From Pelomyxa schiedti (Eukaryota > Protista > Evosea), in the NCBI GenBank assembly GCA_020536535.1, contig JAHLWZ010000860.1:1-64000 (forward strand): DNA of 64,000 nt. Reading direction: 5' to 3'. The translations under genes and the position numbers were made by a program. The notes under the pieces were generated by a model. That model searched no databases. It saw only the letters and a program-made list of their open reading frames with translations, and had not been told where the DNA came from. This document shows, one piece after another, positions 12,601 to 26,302 of this stretch. Numbering within the stretch: position 1 is the stretch's first letter; every line of letters starts with the position of its first letter.

Positions 12601-15600
12601 CGATATTGCTGGTAGGTGTCTGTTCAACTCATTTGCACTGTCAAGTATCCTAGAAATTTCTGCCTTGGCAGCTTCATCTGTTCCAGTTCTTGAACGCTGA
12701 GCATATTCACTAATGTCCATCACAAAAAAAAAGTCAAGGGAAACTATGTAACCATAAGGTCTTATTGGCACTCTCCCAGTAGCTATGAAGGGCATCCAGT
12801 TTTCCTACAGCTGTGGTTCTTAGAAAACTCAACTGGGAAGATATCACTCACGCAATACGGATGAACTCGCAGTAAATTCCCTTGTCTTTCTTCTTCCAGA
12901 TAGCTGTGAGACACCATGAGAAACACTACATTTCACTTGACTTAAATTACCAAATCGGAAAGAAAATTGGATCTCTCTCTCGGTTTTGTACTAGTCATTG
13001 CCTCGCACACCCAGCACGTCCAATGTGATGATTGCTTAATTTCATCAAAGCTAGATTATATTTTCTTAGAATCAGTCTATTGATTTTCTGTGATACCTGA
13101 TAAATGAACAGGGGGAATGTGTATTTGGATTCGACAAATTATCGATGCAAGACCTACAAAAACTGAAGGAACACTGCAATTCCGAACAGTGAACAAGTTC
13201 CTGGAGTTCCCAATCAACATAAGTGAAAACAACACCTATTCACACGAACTGAGGAGCTGAGTAATCCTGCGCAAATCCCACAGCACGAATCTTTGTTGCC
13301 ATCTTCAATAAGGAGTATCTAAGGGAGAGATGGGAAACTGTACTGTAGCGTTGACTATATCAATAGAACCTGTTTTGTTGTGGCAGCTTCTTTTAATCGG
13401 GATTCAACATGGGACATATGTGTTTTACAAGTATAAACCATAAAAGGACGAACGAGCCAGAGAGTTCTGTCAGCTTTATGAATCTCATCAGGTAACACCT
13501 ATTTAGTGGTAATTTTGTAACCACAGAAGGATGAGAGTATTTACTGTTGACCAACACATGCGAAGGTCTTCTTTTCCTTTCCGTTTAGAAGGTTTAGCTG
13601 AATGTTGTTTTATGAATAAAAGGTCAGGTATAAATGTGTTTACCTGCATCGTCTTCGGTCCTTCCTGAAATAGGTGGACTGGTCGCTTTTGTAGAGGGGA
13701 TCGGAGCACTGGAATTCACGAGTACAGTAGTAGAACTTGCAAGAGAGCTACCCGTTTTCCTCATTGTTCTCTTTGAGACATTAGAAAGAAAAAGAGAGAG
13801 GTAAAATGCACTTTTCTTGTGTGAGCTGAAGGTGGCTGATCAAATTCCGAAAAAATGATTTGTGAAGGATCTACATCCATGTGTACGCGTTTCTTTGCCT
13901 GAACTTGCACTAAAGGTGGGCTGGGTTGCAGTGGTGGAGAAATCTGAGCTTGAATCGATTCAATTGGCGGTGATTGACTCGTAACTTTTTGTTGACTTGG
14001 CGAGGGTAATGATTGGGGAGGTGATTGTTGTGAGGATTCAACCAATTTAGATTGCTCCAATTGCAGAACTTGGTCTGATTGACCTGGAGATGCTTGCTGA
14101 TTGAAAGGTGACTGATTCGGGGACACATTGGACTGACTTAAATTTGGTTTTTGGTTGAGAGTGCACTGGCCTGTAGATGATTGTGCTAAATGAACATTAG
14201 GGACTTGCTGTGGTGAAACTTGTTGATGTGGGGGTGAGGACTGTGGCGCAATCATCGGGCCAAACTGCTTGGGCGCAGGGCCCTCGTTCTGGCTGGTGGA
14301 CTGAATGTCCACAGTCTCGCCGAAAGTGGGACTCACTTCAGTGTTATTTTGCTTCTCGTTTTCTTTTGGTTTAATTGCCATGAACGGAACAGTGACTACA
14401 GTACCGCGAGAATTGTTTCGAGGAGTACTGGACTGCGAAGGTACTATGAGGGGTGTGCTTCCCTTGGCACCTCCATGTGACATTGAATCAACATTGAACA
14501 CAACATTGTTTTCTACAGAAGGTCTTTCCTCTTTTGCAATAGACACACTATTGTCATCTATAGAAGGTCTTTCCTCTTTGGCAATAAACACAACATTTTG
14601 CATACTTCGAGAGTCATTCATAATATCATCCAAATCCTGTGATTCCATCCGTATAGTTTCACATGGACTGGGGGATGACGCTGCATTCAGATTTTCACCC
14701 CTCAGCACAACATGGATTGTGGGGGTGTTATGCTCAGGCAATTCCCATTCACTGGTATTCTGTTCACAAAAAACAACAGTTTTGCTGCTTGAACTGTCTA
14801 GTCCTGGTTCTGAGCTTGCGGGCTCCTGAGAGTACATCTTGGGGTAGACCTCAGTATCTATATCCAAATCGTTCTTATCTATTTCATCAGTGCCCTCGTT
14901 CGCATTGTCACAAGCATCTACCGTGTCCCCCTCCTCCCTCTCACCATCGGTACTGCTGTCCAAGCGGTCGTTTTCGTGCTCTTCCTCTCCCTCCTCCTCC
15001 CCTTCCCCCTCCCCTTTGTAGCTGTCTCTCTCCGCATCTCGGCCCTTCGCAGCGGCGGTCTCGCTGTCGTCGCTTTCGTCGCGACCGTCGTTCTCGGCCT
15101 TCCTGCTCCCCTCCCTCCCCCTCCTCCTCCTCTCGTCCTGCTCGCTCGCGGACTCCCCCGCGTCCTTGCCGCTGCTGCTGTCGTCCGAGCTGTCTTCCTC
15201 GCGCTGGCGGTGCCGCCTGTCCTTCCTCTTGTTCCTGTGCTTCCTCCCGCCGTGGCGGTGCTCCTTTTCCCTCCCCTGGCGCCCCCTCGCCCGCTCCTTC
15301 TTCCTGCCGTCCTCCTCCTCTTCCTCCTCCTCTGCGTCCTCCTCGTCGTCGTCATCATCATCATCACCTTTTTCTTCTCCCCGCTCCTCGTCCTCCCCGC
15401 CCGAGCCAGCTGCCCTCGCCTGCCCCGGCGAGTCCCCTCCTCCTTCCTCCTCCTGATTCCGGCCTCCCTCCCCGCCAGAGCCCTCTTCTTCTTGCTCCTC
15501 CTTCCTCGACGACCCGCGCTTGCTGGACTTCGCGGTTTGCCCCCTGCCCTCGTCCTCGTCGCCGTCCTCGGGGTCGCGGCCGGCGCCGTGGCCGTGGTGG

Positions 15601-15705
15601 TGCCGCCGCCGCCGCCGGTGCCCGCGCCCGTGCGCGTGGCCGTGCCCCCCGTGGCCGTGCCGTCGGTGCTTGCTGCTGTGGGTCTGCTGCTGCTGTTGCA
15701 GCTGT

Positions 15706-15737
<32 letters not shown>

Positions 15738-16103
15738 CTGTTGTTTCTTGGTGCCGGCGCCCCTCTTGTCCCCCTTGTCTCTCCTCGACGACGAAGATTT
15801 GGTGCTGCCGACATCGCTGTCGCTCGAGCTCCCTCCGCTCTCTTCGTCGTTGGACTGTACACCAGCCGAGACCGCCGGGGGCGACGACGACGACCCTTCC
15901 TCCTCGGGGGCCGACGACGCAGACGACGAGGCCGAGGCTGACCCCGTCGTCCCCTCTTCCGCCTCCTCCTGCCCCGACGACTCGCCGGCGCCTCCCTTCC
16001 TCGCGTCCTCGGCCCCTGAGCCTTCGTCGTCGTCGCTGTCTCTGCCGCGCGTGTTGGGTGGCGCAACGCCCCGGCCTGCCTTGCTTGTTGCTCTCCTCTG
16101 CAT
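9669..16103 (-). CDS. Class II-type histone deacetylase with long acidic/poly-Q N-terminus, ADD-type PHD finger and Pro/Gln-rich tail
   Basis: HDAC exons at ~10250-11750 give HVETPQRL, RPPGHHAG, GFCLINNVAV, DFD|VHHGNGT, SAGFDAHKDD and LEGGY, so the catalytic residues appear intact (high confidence). Exons at ~12960-13320 give a Cys-rich finger. Joining the 13761-16103 exon, the finger and the HDAC into one gene is inferred from strand and spacing. Confidence 0.7.
15684..15743 (-). repeat. CAG/CAA tract encoding poly-Gln in the HDAC N-terminal exon
   Basis: (CTG/TTG)n on the + strand, translated as [20 protein letters not shown] in ORF 13761-16103. Confidence 0.9.
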
Positions 16104-16241
16104 TTGTTTTTGTTTTCTTTTATCTGCGTAGACTTTTTTCTATTTCTATGCTATGGAGGTGCATTCCTGGTCTTTTCCGGTACTCCTAGCGTTACGTGAA
16201 ATCACACAGTGGAATTTCGTGGAGAAAAATTCAAGTCAAGG

Positions 16242-18814
16242 CTAAAATTTGGGTACAGAGGAAGAGGTTGTCCAGTCGTCGAGGGGCATCAGGTGCTGTT
16301 TATCATTTCTGGTGTCTCTGTGGTAGATGTGTTTTGGAAGCCCACGGTGTCTCCCTGAAGTGTTGTGAGGAGCAGTTTAGTTAGGGAGCGGGGCAAGTAC
16401 CCATCAGCATCACCAGCATTAATATGTATTTAGAGAAAGGGCTGACCACGCCGGCGTAGGAATAGAAAACGCCTATTTGAAGTAAGGTTGCTTCTGTTAG
16501 CAGTCAATAGAACCTGGGTAACCCATAGAGAGACCCACTGTGCCATAGGCAGAGGTTACTTCGAACATGATTTTGTAGATATCGGATTTGGCTTGGTCCT
16601 CACTCCCAAGCTCGAAGCAGGAAATGATAAAGACTGCGAGATACAACCACCTGATTAAAAGGCGGTCAAAAAAAAACGGTACTCCTAAAATAGAACTAGA
16701 CGCTCACGTGAAAGGGTGAAGAATGATGGAGCTGACGTATTTTCCCAAAGTACGAAGTTTTGAGGGTGGAGCAACTGATCTTTTTGTCTCTAACTTGATC
16801 TCTTCCTCTCTGTATTTCCTCACATCTAGGAGACAACATCAATTATAAATTATTCTCCCTGCTATTGGCCAGTACATGCAATTGGATAGGCGCTGATGAA
16901 CATAGATTTGATATATCTGTAAAAAAAATTACACTAGAACCACAAGAGAGGTTTGTACATCCACAACAGTGGCTGGCTCAGGGTAGACATATCTAAAATA
17001 ACGTGGAACATCTCAATAAACCCTTAAATTATTTTCTACCTACAACGGAAAATCCCGCAGTTCGGCAATCAACTACGACAAGGTGAGAATGCATGGAGGT
17101 ACATTATAACCGTTTACCAGAAAGAAAGAATGCGTCAAGCCACAGATCAGAAGTGCTCATTAAGCCTTTCATGAAGCACACAAAAGCTATTGTGTCGATC
17201 ACATTCAGTGTACCAAATACGAGCATTAAGATTTTAGTATGTATTCCTGGAAATATATGCAAGGAGCAACGAGTGGGATCAACAAGAATATCTGTGAACT
17301 CATCACTACAGGTGATATCTCTTGTCTCGTACATCTCAAGGGTTGTTGACTCTTTGGAAGCTTTCTTTCATAGACATTCCTCGTCATCCATACTGCAAAT
17401 CGCAAGCCCAAGGGAAGCATAGTATTTCCAGCGCAAATCATCAGTGCCAGGGTTAACAACACAACCCAATCACTCTGAAACGGGATGAGGTTATCCTGGA
17501 AGAGTCCAAATCCAGCCTGATACAAATAAATTTACACCATGAAAGGGAATTTCGTATTATGCACATTATTCCATGAACTAAAGCAATGGAACCCACTCCA
17601 CCACCACGGGTTGATTCCCCGCGAGTCCATGAGCTCCCGCTGTTTAGAGTACGACAGATAAAATCCAAGGATTGTAAAGCATACGAGTTGCAGTCCCCAT
17701 TGATAACATATCTAAAGTGGTGAGTTTGTAGAAGTGCGTGTAAGTAAGGTTACAATGATGAAAATTAGTCGCTTAAGGGCTCGCCGTTCCATATCATAGT
17801 CGTGGAAAAATCCTCCAGAAACTGTTGCTGATGATCTTATTGGTCTAGAAACCAATTTCGTGGTTTCATCGTCATGCTCAGGGGTTATATCCCTGGAACG
17901 CCTGGGGAAAAGCAGTGTTATTTTGTTGTCTACAAGTGATCAGCAACCAACTGTGTGTGGTTGAGCCATATGTTCCGCACTCTAAAGTAGCGTACCACAG
18001 CAACGCTCAGGCATGTGCCTATTGTTACTCCACATAACTGGCAGCAGATAACAAGAACAACCTTGGAGGTGTGACGTGACAATAGACAATATGTAGGGAG
18101 ATGAAAGTACTAGTGACGGCTTTGTCCACGTCGAAATATCAACGGTGGAGAGACCAGTGCAGGTCACGGCAGAAATGGTTTGAAAAATGGCATCTGTGAC
18201 TGATAAACCTAGACATGGATTAGATCGTACAAAGGAATTACCTTACCATTTCCCATCGAATTTTCAAAGATATACAACAAAATTGCTCCAATAATAGCTG
18301 TCGAGAGTATAAATATGACATGCAAGGAGAGAAAGCAAGTCACCCTAGACCCCACTTGCTTCCCCACAGACCGACACCATTCCGGGAACGCATTCCTTCT
18401 GCCGGATACAATTCTCACTGAAGGTGAAGAACGCTTCGAAGCCCTTCTCTGAGATAGCCCACTATTAGAGGAACCGCTATAGTGGAGACTGTCATTTCCA
18501 CTATCATGTCCCTCTCCCACACTCACCACAGGTTGCTTTTCGGCAACTGACGTTTCATCGGCTACGTCATCCCCTCCAGCTTCACTATCACTCTCCGCTT
18601 CTTCTGTAGTCACAATTCCTTTCCTATCCCAAACAGGGGTGAATTCCGTGTTCTCACTAAACGCAGGGAGCTTGTGCGTGCCAGAGGAAAACAGCGGCCT
18701 TTCGAAAGTGGAACTTACAGAGTCCTTCAGCGACGCCGGCAGCGCGACAATAGATCCAGTGGGTGCCTTCGTAGATGTAGTTGTTGTTGTTACAGTGACT
18801 GCGCTTCTATGCAT
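16242..18814 (-). CDS. Trk/Ktr/HKT (TrkH family) potassium/cation transporter
   Basis: Pore-loop motifs ISAVTCTGLS, FSSWNN|AGFGLF, CRTAGFS and FEVTSAYGTVGLSMGY, C-terminal GRHRGLP, and multiple TM helices. The true start may lie further upstream (~18900-19000). Confidence 0.9.
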
Positions 18815-19182
18815 TGGCGCTGTAGAAGACGTCTCCGGACTGACGTCACTGTCCCTGTTGTGTGTCGTGTTGGTTGTTGGTTCAGTTTTTATGGAATAAT
18901 CAAAGGGGAGAAAAAAGTGACAGCGTCAAGAAAAGGGGCCGGGGAATGATGCCTCTGGATGATCATTGTGCGGTTTCGTTTTGTTTCCCGTTATCACAAC
19001 TACTTCGCGAATTCCAGTTTTCACTGATCAGCCGCTCAAGAACCTTCAATTGACTCTGGTATAGGAACAATATCAGGCACCCCCAAGGAATCGCACAGGA
19101 GCAATGCACTGCTTGCAGTCTATTTCGAACCAGACTGGCAGGTTCAATTACAGACTGATTGAACCTTTTCGTCGTCCAAGCG

Positions 19183-21184
19183 ATGGGTAAGGGCAAGGGT
19201 GGAGGCCACCACGGCCACAAATCACACGGGAACAACTATGACTCAGAATTGTTTCATGGGCTGGCTTCGCAATATTCCTCCCTTTCTATTTCTTCCAAGG
19301 TTCGGTTCCAACACTTGACCTGGCAACAACACCGCAATTGGTGCTGCACCCCCCTTTGCATCTTTCTCTAAACTGAAACCCCCAAAGGAAAGCAGCAACA
19401 AAGTCGAGTGGAGGGCGTCGTACGTGGGATCTTACAATTGGACCGGCTCGCCGGCAAAGGGATTCATTCCTTCTCTCATCCAAGTTCCCGGCACATTGAG
19501 CGTCATGCGCGATTTGGGCGACGCCCATAAGTCCGCCACCCAGGTTTTCTCAAAACCGGAGCGCTCCAGGTGCAAAAATCTTCACCTGCACTCAAACTGT
19601 AATTCTGAGCTTCACAACTTCACAATGGAACCTGTTCTGGCTGCCTTACACGCGTGGGTGTGCTTCTCTAGAGGAGTTACTGATTAATATGCATATTACT
19701 TAATTTTGGAGTTATTATTTATGTTGTATCACTTATTTCAATAATTTTTAATGATTTCTTTTTGTGCCAAACAAAATTAGCCTGAACAAACCTGTCGATT
19801 TAATGGAATCCCAAGTGATAGCCGATAGACATGTACTGATGAAGCTTTTGCAAAATATCTCCTCCGTACTTGGAAATCCGCACTCGTCTCCAGAACCCGT
19901 TAGAATCGATGCTGAGCGTGTTGGCAATTCCATTTTTCTCTTCCGCCACTCCTCTGGTGATACTGCACTCACTGATGGATTCGTGTTCGAACATGCCGTT
20001 GTTAAAGAAACAGGGCAACTTTCTACCTACTATGGCATTGTGAACGCAACACTGAGTTCAGGGAAGGATTCAATAAAAGTTCTAATGCGGTTTGAGGCAG
20101 ATGCCTGTAAACCAAAGAGTAAGAATAAAAAAAAGAAGCACCCAAAATCTGACACAGAACCTTCTGCAGCACCCTCACCGTCTGATTCAGTTTCGCAGCC
20201 CAGTAGCACATCCAATACTACAACTGCTTCTGGGACTCCATCCGATAACACTTCAACTTCCACTTCGACTTCGACTTCAACTTCCCAGCCCACAGACGAA
20301 ATACCCCATACCACTGATACGGAATCTTCCACATTGTCGCAAGGGGTTGTATCCAGCCAACCAGTACCAGATCAATGTGAACTGAAAGCCGTCGACACCC
20401 AGCAAAGTGAAAAGAAGGATGTGCCACCCTCAATTTCTACTGAACCCCAAGCAACACAACAAGAAGCCATTGTGCAGAAGACACAAGAGGCTTTGGAACC
20501 TCAACAAAGTACAACACTCACATCTACCACGCAAGGTAGTGGTGCCGCATTGGAGACAATGCAGCCACCTTCACCCCAACCAACTTCCGCAGCGCAGCAG
20601 ACAGCCTCAGCTGAAGTTGCCTCAACACCGCCACAACCAGCTCCCACCAAGCCGGGAGCATCAGAACAAGCTCCAGACGAAAGCACCGCAGTGTGGTGCC
20701 CTGGCAGCACCCTCCGGGTTCAGCTATTGCAGCGGGAACACATAGACCTGAACCGAATAGTCGAAATCAAGTCATCCCGCTCCGATGTGAACTCCAACCC
20801 AAGATGGAAATCCCGAGTGGCAGGCCAGGTCTTCCTATCAAAGACGGAGCATGTATTTGTTGGGCTTTTCTCACACCGTTTGCCTCCCTTACCTTCCCCC
20901 GTTTTCTTCCCACTAACTAACTCCAACCCTCAGGCGTGGGATATTTCCTCTCCTGTGAATACATGCCAATTGAAGACCTATGTCCCGGTAAAAAAGCCGA
21001 TGGCCTGGTAGATAAATCGGCTCTTGCCGCTCTCGGTGCTCTGTTCCATAACCTCCCTTCCCACCTAGAACCACAGACACCCTATTCCTTGATATTCTTC
21101 CCACATGAGAGGTCCTTCCGCCTCTACAGACGCTTCACTAAGGACAGACCAATCCCACCAGAACAAATGATAAGTGGTGAATAA
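19183..21184 (+). CDS. Rai1/DXO-like PD-(D/E)xK nuclease-fold protein with a large low-complexity insertion
   Basis: Motifs SYNW..IQVPG, IADRHVLMKLL, RIDAERVGNSIFL, FEHAV, MRFEADA and VEIKS...QVFLSKTEHVFVG recall DXO-type motifs and a widespread fungal family. Recognised from memory, not from a search. Confidence 0.6.
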
Positions 21185-21280
21185 AAAAAAAAAAAAGGCA
21201 TTCCTCTTATTGTTTGTTGGGTACAAACCTTTTACATGTTTTTGGTGTGGTGGGGTGTTGCTGGTGGCTGGTTCTTTTTT

Positions 21281-23510
21281 TTAAAAGATAAAAGGAATGG
21301 CGCGGCGGATGAAGAGCCAGAGTGCCAGCAGAAGAACAACAATGCAACAGTATTCGCATATCAGAGGCCAGCGGTTGTAGGGTTTGCTTACAGGTTGTCC
21401 AGCACCACCGCCTTTGCTGCTGGCCTCATTCTTGGGCTGTGTGAATTTGAAAGTTATCATCTGTGCCCTGCAGACAAGCATATATGGTTTGTTCCATCCT
21501 TCGAGCGACATTTCTACAACTTCTGCACCTGCTAACCAAGTATCTATGTTGGTGTTATCCCACACCCGGAAAAATGGACTCCTGTCCAAATCCAGTGTAA
21601 CTATGCCATTCGTTCCTGCGGCATGTATTGATTTAAGGGCTTCCTTGTGGTGCTCTTTAATAAATCCACAAGCCAGATTTCTTGCCTTTTACAAGTTTAC
21701 ATCGAACGTGGAAGATAGGGTACACACCCTTTCAATCTTTTGAGCTGCTGGTAGCCTTTTGCAGATTAATTTGTGGTGTTGCCAATCAAGTTTCTGGCAC
21801 TCCTTCCTGTGTTGAATTTAATTTGAATTTATAGTGTATGTTCTATACCCGCAATATGTCGCAATTTTGCAAGCACTGCACCGTTTCATTGGGGTAGTTG
21901 CAGTGCAGTTAGGGCGACTGCAGAACCTCATGGTCGCTCCACGCACCATGTCAATTTGAAGTCCATGCTCTAATTTCAAGAGCACAAGAGAGACATATGG
22001 GGATACTTTACGAAGTGGGGAAAGTATTTCTTTGGCGTGGCAGGCAACAAGCTTTTTTTGAAGGCGCCTGTCCTGTGGGATGTCAGGAACTCTTTCTTTA
22101 TTTTGTCTTATAACCTTGAGAAGCTTCCAGGTGAGCAAGGAAAGACACCCTTCAGCACGAGCACAAGTCTCAGGAGGACCATTTTCGATGAGATGGGCAG
22201 TAGCTTTGAGTAACTTGCTCGAGTTAATTACGTTGGCAGTTTTGGTAAATCACACCGGTTCAGAGACTTTGTGAAACCCATCCTTGGGGTCATTTACCAT
22301 TGCGAAATAGAATGCTAAAGCAGAGTCATCTCCCTGCTCGATAAATGGGACTGCGGCATCAAGAGCCTCTGCTTTCAGTAGAACCTGTCTAACATCTTTT
22401 CCATATGTGGCATCATCCTGTTTTTTTCCCCCGCGTTTGTATTTCCCTTAGTGGGAGAAAATCGAGGGTACCATTCCAGATACAAAGAGGCATAAAATTG
22501 GATGTGCAGCAGGAGAAGATTCTCTTAGCATAGTTACAAGTGATAACCAAAATTCTGGACTTGAATTTTGAACTAATTTTGAGGCGCCATTGGAATGGCC
22601 AGTTATTGCATAAGCCTAAATAAAATAAGAATCGAGTGTAGAATGTCAAAGGAAAGTACAAGATGCACTGCATGCGTAGATATCTCTTTGCGTTTATGTG
22701 TTAAATGATTCAGAGCCAGAATAGAGAGTGTTTCAAGATTTAAAAATGGTAGACTTTGATCCTGTGAAGTGGTTAACTAATATTGTAGAAATAAAAAAAA
22801 GAACCTTAAGAACAGTCAATAATATAAAAAGAAGAAATAAACAACACTCCATGGCTATAAATGCTGCTGCTTGACCCAAATCTGGTGGAAATGGTGCCAC
22901 GCTGGAAGTAGGGGGTATTTTAAATCCCCACCGTTCCGTCATGAGTAGTATATTTCTAAGCAATTCTAATGACACAACTTGCTTGGAGAATATCAAATAA
23001 GAACATTGCCAATAGGTTACAAACATTTCTTGTGGTACTAAAGGAGCACAATTTGCGCAAGACTGACAGGGTGAACACACCCCCAATGAATCCATTTTGA
23101 GAGAGTTTGCATGCATTACATAAACCTTGGTTTACAAGTTCACTGCATTGAATTGAGTGGAAGTACGTATTTCTATAAAGTTGTTTTGTTTTTCATACAT
23201 GCAATTAGGTTCAGAGTCACACAGTTCGTCCAACATCTGTGATGAAAGGGCTGTAAGAGCGGCCACATAATAGAGGAAAAGTGCATTGTAGCACCACAAA
23301 AAGAGCGGGGAAAAAAGGACCACGAACCCGCCAAGATCCCACATCACCCCCAGCAGCTTTGCGTAACACAGTGTCAACACGGATCTTGGTTTTACCACCG
23401 GTGCACCGTTGCCCATTGCCCTCCGCACTCCCACAAGATAAACACGCGAAACCGCCACTTCTGGGAGTAAGAATGGACGTGGCAGTAGATCTGGTGACAG
23501 TTTGTGACAT
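21281..23510 (-). CDS. MYND zinc-finger protein with helical N-terminus and C-terminal hydrophobic tail
   Basis: CSRPNC...CSACKIATYC|..ECQKLDWQHHKLIC (~21780-21935). C-terminus CCIVVLLLALWLFIRRAIPFIF. N-terminal exons and start are inferred. Confidence 0.7.
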
Positions 23511-23663
23511 TGTTGCCCTGCCTACCTGTCTACCCCAGAGAACGATTGTTTATTATTTTCCTCCGTTTAAGATCGGAAGCGAAAAATAAATGTAACAATG
23601 CTAAAGACTCGTTGCAGTTTTTAGGATACTGGGGGTGACTGTGCCACCATCCGGTTCTGAAGA

Positions 23664-26266
23664 TTACGTGTGATTGGGGTCACAGAGCCAATCTAGGCCC
23701 TCATTGAGACCCTCGCCAGTGACTGCTGTGCACGGCATGAATTGAATGACGTGTGATAACGGGTCAATTTGGTGCCTGGTGTAGGGATCCGAGAAGCCAA
23801 GTTGTTCCTCGATCTACGGTGTTCAAGCATTAGCTGAAAAGTTTTTTCCTGTTTGGTGCCCACCTGCCGAGGTGATAGAGCCACAAGATCTTGTTTGTTG
23901 CACCATACAAGAATATGACACCGGCCCAGCAATTGTTCTGATAAATGTTTGGTCATGAGGTCTTTGACTTCATTAAATCTTGAAGGGTCGGAGGAATCTA
24001 CAACAAATACGCAGGCTGTAGTGCCCTGGTAGTAGTGTCTATTTTTACCCTTTAGATTTGAAAATAAAGCAATTGCATGTACGGCCACAATGCCCTAATT
24101 TTCTCCTCTCCCCCAAGGTCCCTTTGAGTTAGAATAAGGAAAACGAAAACCTCTTGTCTTGGGGGTGGAATGTTACCAGAGAGTTAAATCCCAGTCTCGA
24201 TGAGACAAGGTCTCCACATTGAAACCAATTGTGGGTATCGTTGTTACTACTTCCCCAAGTTTAAGCTTATATCTGAGTGAATTAAGAAGAAGAGGGGTGA
24301 CCATAGAATGCCAACTACAAAATTGTTGTTTTTCCTGCTGCATCCAACCCAAATAGCAGTACCCGAAATCCAAGTGAACCCTGTAAAATGTATTAATTTT
24401 CTGAACCAAAATGAGTCGAAGAGGGAAAGGTGACCCTTCTACTGAAAAATGAGAACCTTGAGAAGTCAGTGCCAAGGTAGAACTATAAATATTACTTGGA
24501 GCGTTTCGGGGGAGATATTGCTTGCCCTTTCTGAATCTTGATAAAATACTTGAAATGTGCTTTGTTGCATCTTCGAACGGTTTAGAGAAATAACGCGTTG
24601 GGATTATTAAAACCTTATGTAGCGAATTTTCCATAGTGAAACCAACCCGGTTGCTCTGAATCAATGCTATTACTCGAAGTACATTATAATATGGATTACG
24701 TTGGAGGCTGGAGTTTCAGTGCAAACTTATAAACCGGGTCCCTTGGGTTGGATAGGTGCTCTGCCTCCCATTGCTTTATTTCGGTTGTTATCACCAGTTT
24801 CTCTCTTTCAAATAACATTTGCCACAGTTGATCTGTGTTGCACACACTATGAAAAGCATTATTTGCACATGCCAAAGTGGCCAGCACCTGGTAAAGTATA
24901 GGAATTTCGAGAGTGTGCATTGCCGAATACTTACTTTGGGGCTGAGGAACGCAAGAATGTTAAGGATTACTTCCAGTGGTAACGGAGTAAAAAAACCAAA
25001 GGCAGAGGGTTCTTCTGGGTGGTGCACAAACTCCTTGGTCCCTTTTGTAAGGCAAACTGTGTGCATCCACCCACATGACACCTTAGCAATTTAGACATCA
25101 CACAATGCTGGTTAATTGTAGAATCTTACCTGAGCTATTTCTTGATCTTCCAATCCCTCTACAATAGTTGGAACAGTGACGTTATCTTGCCCAAATACCC
25201 CACATTCCCCATTCTTCGAATTCCCAAATGAATACAGCCTACCTTACGAAGTCTAAGCATCTACGTGATAAGATATGAAGTACCTCGTTTTGTCAGCACG
25301 AGTGAATGGCTATTATTGAATGCCCCGCAGCAAGATAGGGCAGTAATGCTATCATTGTGTGACTCGACCACCGTATTTATGGACTCCAGCAACCTTTTAT
25401 TTTCTGACAGGATGTAATATTGGTAGGGGGAGATACGTTGGTGTGAGTATGTGATCCGGGCCATCAAGGCCACATTGTTGCTTCCTTCCACAAGAGAATA
25501 TTTTATTTGGTACACCCTCATATGGAGTACCTGAGGATTCTCAGAGGTTCATTAACTGAAATTAAACGTACAAAAAAGGGTGTGGTAGTCACCACAAGAC
25601 ACGAGTGAAACAGCCGGCAGAGAAGAAATATTTACTGGAACAACTCGATCTATAACATCCCCTAAGCCTAACTGTCCGTACTTATTCCAGCTAGTTGAGA
25701 AGTCATAAAAAGTATGGCAGGATTTGTTGACACACCCACAAGAAAAGGTCATGCCACGAAGGATAAAAATTGAGTGTTGTCCTCCACATGCAACGCCTTC
25801 CAGCCTGGTACCTCGGAAGCAATATAATGGAATTGGTACCTCAGAATCCTACAAATTAGAAAATTCATGAGTGGTGTTTGCAGAAGAAAATAAGCACAGT
25901 TGTGTTTCCAGTTCCGAGTTGTCCCTTGGAGTTACAACCCCAACAGTAAGGAATTCCATCATCAGAGAGAGCAATAGTAAATGCCCCTCCTGCGGCAATC
26001 TTTGTGTTTTACTTGAAAGAAAGGAAAGTATAACAAATAGGAAAAGTTGAATAGCAACAGTTGCACACTTGTGTTATAACCACTTTGAATGGCACAAGAG
26101 ATGGAGGAACTTGTCTTGCACATATCTTAATAAATAGAGAAATATAAGAAAAGGATGTGGTCGTTAAGGCATACCGTTCCCCATTGAAAAACAGAATTTG
26201 TGGATTTATCCAATGCTACCATGTGCAACCCGCCACATGCAATCTTGAAACAGTCTGGCAATCAGT

Positions 26267-26302
<36 letters not shown>

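Noticed and set aside
14663-16189. Long overlapping ORFs in other frames and strands (also 27039-27850, 44004-44481, 48113-48801, 33358-34023)
   Set aside because: Shadow ORFs caused by high GC and low-complexity coding sequence, with no domain motifs.
26269-26299. 31-nt poly(A) run as a possible retro-insertion tail
   Set aside because: It is an intronic poly-U tract of the minus-strand RCC1 gene. Similar runs occur in many introns here, with no target-site duplication or RT nearby.
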